The notes beneath the pieces were generated by a model. That model was not told the DNA's origin and did not search any database. It saw nothing but the letters and a program-made list of their open reading frames with translations. The position numbers and the translations under genes were made by a program. From a virus, in the UHGV virus genome UHGV-0797466: a stretch of 9,708 nt of DNA; one strand, 5' to 3'. Below, piece by piece: positions 7,229 to 9,708 of this stretch (position 1 is the first letter of the stretch; each line of letters starts with the position of its first letter).

Positions 7229-7620
7229 GTGACTACACCAGTGACTACACCGTTCGGTGCACTGTATAGAAACAACGTGGAACAAATAGACACAAGAAAT
7301 ATACAGGCGGGTCATCTTTCCAGGGGGAAGCGCGCTAATTCATGAGGGGCGTTAATGTTGATATGGGGATCCCCATAACGGGGCTACCGGATTTTTTTCC
7401 GGTTTAACTGTTAATCAGGCTGGTGGGCTTTACCTGTTTTGTAGGAGTGGTCATTATGACCATTCAGACAATGACCTTAATCAGAACTTTTCGCTAAAAA
7501 ATGACGTTGGTCACGTCGTCCGGAAAGCACAAAATCCCGTCAATTTTTAATTAACGGTTAAACCGTCTTTTGTCACGGCGTGTCACTGGTTGTCACTCTC
7601 CGTCACGGTATGTCGCTACT
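7229..7620. other. attP-like region: arm-type repeats on both sides of a palindrome-rich central segment
   Basis: Tandem 12-bp repeat GTGACTACACC(A/G) at 7229-7240 and 7241-7252, 25 bp upstream of int. Five 10-bp-phased repeats at 7571-7620 (TGTCACggcg, TGTCACtggt, TGTCACtctc, cGTCACggta, TGTCgCtact). GTCAC is the reverse complement of GTGAC, and GTCACT resembles the lambda Int arm-site core (AGTCACTAT) as remembered. Between them: perfect palindromes TATGGGGATCCCCATA (7362-7377) and GGTCATTATGACC (7449-7461), and a hairpin at 7386-7403. Confidence 0.5.
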
Positions 7621-7622
7621 CG

Positions 7623-7904
7623 TTAACGCCGTAACCGCTCCGGCTTCTTCCAGTGGTACGTAATTTTCTCCGTTTCCCGATACAGTGCCACGCGGCGATT
7701 GTAGGCCAGCATTTCAAGAACGCGGATCCGTATGTTGCGCATATCCACATCATTAAGCTGGATACCATCACGGCGCATCACCTCAGCAACCACACGCGCG
7801 TAATTTTCGGCGGTCACGCTGTCCGGCTGCGTGGCCTGTTCGTCATGCTGCTGGCTGATTCCGGTAACGCGGCGGATTAATCCCAGTAGTTCGGCTTCTG
7901 TCAT
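7623..7904 (-). CDS. Hypothetical protein (93 aa) between cos and the att region
   Basis: The track ORF (7623-8102) would run across the cos site. The internal ATG at 7902-7904 (MTEAELLGLIRR...) has an SD-like GGGGG upstream and leaves cos intact. No family recognised. Confidence 0.5.
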   Translation of the reverse strand: MTEAELLGLIRRVTGISQQHDEQATQPDSVTAENYARVVAEVMRRDGIQLNDVDMRNIRIRVLEMLAYNRRVALYRETEKITYHWKKPERLRR

Positions 7905-7938
7905 TGTGCCCCCATCGCTCTGATAGTCTGGTGTCGTC

Positions 7939-8116
7939 GGGTCCTTCCTGGAATTATGGCCCGTTACGGGGCGGCGACCTCGCGCGTTTTCACTATTTAT
8001 GAAAATTTTTCGGGATCCATGTCCGGTTTCTCTGCAAGTTAACCATATGAAAAATATAAAAACATGCTTTCCATGAACCGGACATGCGCAAAAAACAGAC
8101 ACTAAAACCGGACATC
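7939..8116 (+). other. Lambda-type cos site (cosQ-like flank, cosN, cosB-like repeats), plus-strand orientation
   Basis: 7969-7980 is GGGCGGCGACCT, the lambda 12-nt cohesive end as remembered. The flanks resemble the lambda left end (CGCGcGTTTTCaCTATTTATGAAAATTTTtCGG) and right end (GGGTCCTTcC..GG..CGTTACG). cosB-like repeats follow: ATGTCCGGTT (8019-8028, inverted), AACCGGACAT (8076-8085), AACCGGACAT (8106-8115), with an AT-rich spacer that could be an IHF site. Confidence 0.75.
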
Positions 8117-8183
8117 GAACCAGTTAACCGAAAGTGTGCACAAATCACATGCATTGCTGCGAGTGATTAACAAGTTATCGGCT

Positions 8184-8618
8184 TTACTGTTCTGTATCGG
8201 CTGATTGCTCCATGCTGGCACGGCGAACGCTTATGGCATGACGCCACCCAGCCAGAAAGCCAGCCATTTTATTTCGTGCCTTGCTCACATCTTCCGGTGA
8301 ATAGCCGTAAATCTGCAAACCTTCATCAAATCGATGTTCTGTTTCTTCACTGGAGTACTCGTCACGCTCAGATGAAAGCAGCCTGGCAAACATAATTTTT
8401 TCCAGCGCACTGGTTTCTACGTGATATCTGATGGTCTCAAGACGGCTTTTACCTGAAGACCAAAGCAATGTATGCCCGATGTGATAACCGCCAGACTTTC
8501 CGCGATCCGCATTAAGATACGGCATCCCCTGTTTGGTCCATGCGCGAATAGTGGTTCTGTTAACCTTGAAATGTTCAGCTATTTCCTGCTGACTTACAAA
8601 ACAAGCTTTATCAATCAT
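8184..8618 (-). CDS. Nu1-like terminase small subunit homolog (winged-HTH); candidate Rpp-type packaging redirector
   Basis: N-terminus VSQQEIAEHFKVNRTTIRAWTKQGMPY aligns with lambda gpNu1 (VNKKQLADIFGASIRTIQNWQEQGMPV) as remembered. 144 aa. ATG at 8616-8618 with AAGGT SD. No terminase large subunit follows, which fits a satellite TerS-like protein rather than a phage terminase operon. Confidence 0.8.
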   Translation of the reverse strand: MIDKACFVSQQEIAEHFKVNRTTIRAWTKQGMPYLNADRGKSGGYHIGHTLLWSSGKSRLETIRYHVETSALEKIMFARLLSSERDEYSSEETEHRFDEGLQIYGYSPEDVSKARNKMAGFLAGWRHAISVRRASMEQSADTEQ

Positions 8619-8685
8619 AATGTTACCTTAACTGCATGGTTAAATATTAATCAAGTGGTGGTGGTGTCACCTTCACGGAAAAACG

Positions 8686-8750
8686 TCATAAATAGCGAAA
8701 ACCCGCGAGGTCGCCGCCCCGTAACGGGTCCATAATTCCAGGAAGGACCC
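8686..8750 (-). other. Second lambda-type cosQ-cosN module, inverted relative to 7939-8003, upstream of the Nu1-like gene
   Basis: The reverse complement of 8686-8750 reads GGGTCCTTCCTGGAATTATGGACCCGTTACGGGGCGGCGACCTCGCGGGTTTTCGCTATTTATGA. cosN is at 8708-8719 on the minus strand. The 22 nt after cosN match lambda exactly as remembered. No AACCGGACAT repeats lie between this cosN and the gene start. Confidence 0.7.
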
Positions 8751-8775
8751 GTAAAAAAGCCGGATTTCTCCGGCC
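8751..8775 (-). terminator. Rho-independent terminator downstream of the 137-aa gene, abutting the cosQ-like flank
   Basis: Hairpin GCCGGA (8759-8764) / TCCGGC (8769-8774) with loop TTTC; the A-run at 8753-8758 is a U-run on the minus-strand RNA. It lies 7 nt past the stop at 8781-8783 and is paralogous to the terminator at 14-38. Confidence 0.6.
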
Positions 8776-8780
8776 TTGTC

Positions 8781-9194
8781 TCAGATGGTTTTCAGTATGC
8801 GATCGATGTCGCCGTCATCGCCCTGGTTTCTGCCATCGTATGCCATGCCAGCTGATACGGCTTGCGGGCTGTGCATGTCCATAAAGTTTTCAAAGGCTGC
8901 GGTAAGTTCCGGCGCAACCTTCGGACGTTCCTGCTCTATGGTCATGCTAAGGATGCTTTTAGCCGTACCAACATCGATACAAGGCACGTTTGCCATTGCA
9001 CGCAACAGCGGCTGATAGTCTTTATGCTCATGAAGCGCCATAATCGCATCAGCGCGCGGCTTGTCCTGCTCTTCCAGTTTGTTTAGTTGATATACGGCCT
9101 CATAGGTTGATAAACCTCTGTCAGCCATTGCCCGCGCTTCGGCTTTAAATTTACTCGCCAGCGGTAGCGTCATGATGCTTTCATTCGTTGCCAT
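8781..9194 (-). CDS. Hypothetical protein (137 aa) between the gpD-like gene and cos
   Basis: ATG at 9192-9194 with AGGGGGA SD. Acidic C-terminal region. No family recognised. A capsid-related role is suggested by position only. Confidence 0.55.
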   Translation of the reverse strand: MATNESIMTLPLASKFKAEARAMADRGLSTYEAVYQLNKLEEQDKPRADAIMALHEHKDYQPLLRAMANVPCIDVGTAKSILSMTIEQERPKVAPELTAAFENFMDMHSPQAVSAGMAYDGRNQGDDGDIDRILKTI

Positions 9195-9206
9195 CGTTCC
9201 CCCTGC

Positions 9207-9542
9207 TTATCGGGCCAGCGGCTGAACGGATACGCCGGAACCCGCAAAGGCGGCGCATTTTTTCGCATCGGTGTCGACGCTCTCAGGCCAGTTAACGGCG
9301 GCAATATTGAATATCCCCGTCTTGTAACACTGTGCTGATTTCTGCTTTGACGTGTCCACAGGGTACGAGGTCAGATAAACAGCCTTGCCAGATTCCTTAC
9401 CATCCCACGGCTTAAACTCGCCATTGTCCGCCAGCATCAGCGGGGTAAATTCCTGAATAACGCCAGCATCAGCGGCAAAATGTACCAGCGTCGTGGCGAC
9501 CTGCTGACTGCCTGCAAATAACTCAATGTATGGAGTGTCCAT
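9207..9542 (-). CDS. Head decoration protein, lambda gpD-like
   Basis: 111 aa. TPLMLADNGEFKPWDG ... YKTGIFNIAAVNWPESVDTDAKKCAAFAGSGVSV matches lambda gpD as remembered (TPLMLDTSSRKLVAWDG ... [35 protein letters not shown]). ATG at 9540-9542. Confidence 0.8.
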   Translation of the reverse strand: MDTPYIELFAGSQQVATTLVHFAADAGVIQEFTPLMLADNGEFKPWDGKESGKAVYLTSYPVDTSKQKSAQCYKTGIFNIAAVNWPESVDTDAKKCAAFAGSGVSVQPLAR

Positions 9543-9553
9543 AGAATCCCCCG

Positions 9554-9708
9554 TTAACCAATTTTGACGGTAACAAATTTGCGAATATCTGCCGGAACCG
9601 GCTGCGGTGCGCTGTGCGTCTGCACGTACTCAATCGCCGGATCGCCGTCCTCAATCCAGTTTTTCGGGTAAAAAATGGTCCGAGCAGGATAAAGACATGC
9701 ACGACCCA
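9554..9708 (-). CDS. 3' end of an upstream ORF running off the window (possibly scaffold/protease-like by synteny with lambda Nu3/C before D)
   Basis: Open minus-strand frame ending at TAA (9554-9556). Hand-translated C-terminus: ...WIEDGDPAIEYVQTHSAPQPVPADIRKFVTVKIG. Function is inferred from position only. Confidence 0.35.
   Translation of the reverse strand, partial: GRACLYPARTIFYPKNWIEDGDPAIEYVQTHSAPQPVPADIRKFVTVKIG

Noticed and set aside
7255-7570. tRNA or tmRNA 3' end as integration target
   Set aside because: I searched by eye for a T-arm / acceptor-stem-like sequence ending in CCA and found none. The region holds palindromes instead.
7623-8102. 159-aa version of the gene next to cos
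   Set aside because: Its N-terminal 66 codons would run across cosQ, cosN and a cosB-like repeat. The internal ATG at 7904 with an SD-like sequence is more plausible.
1-8780. Circular or duplicated-assembly overlap between window start and 8737-8780
   Set aside because: The two blocks differ at several positions and are followed by different genes, so they are diverged paralogous junctions rather than the same sequence read twice.
8472-9086. Plus-strand ORFs 8472-8735, 8776-9015, 8862-9086
   Set aside because: Antisense to the Nu1-like and 137-aa genes; 8472-8735 also runs through the cos and terminator sequences.
1-9708. CRISPR array, reverse transcriptase/retron, or restriction-modification genes
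   Set aside because: No regularly spaced identical repeats with unique spacers were seen; the repeats present are iterons and binding-site arrays. No ORF shows RT, methyltransferase or nuclease motifs I can recognise.

Overview
The window reads as a phage satellite of the P4-like / phage-inducible chromosomal island (PICI) type, carrying lambda-type cos packaging signals. All calls are from reading the sequence and from remembered family features; no database search was run. Almost every credible gene is on the minus strand. Read right to left, one unit (A) runs: attP-like site with arm-type repeats (7229-7620), tyrosine integrase (7204-5975), AlpA-like regulator, a divergent plus-strand Arc/Mnt-like ribbon-helix-helix gene with a strong terminator, then a tightly coupled leftward operon of two Icd-like paralogs, four small ORFs (two in an AT-rich island), a P4 alpha-like primase/helicase, an iteron-rich putative origin, a small basic ORF and an SSB, ending in a terminator at the left edge. 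Right of the integrase lies a second module (B): gpD-like decoration protein, a 137-aa ORF, a terminator, and a Nu1/TerS-like gene bracketed by two inverted lambda-type cosN modules, one of which carries a cosB-like triad of the decamer AACCGGACAT. The most unusual signals are the inverted cos pair, a fourth copy of that decamer at the start of the repressor-like gene, an intact attP-like site beside int (suggesting tandem satellites or a non-integrated form), and lambda-type capsid-protein homologs in a satellite context.
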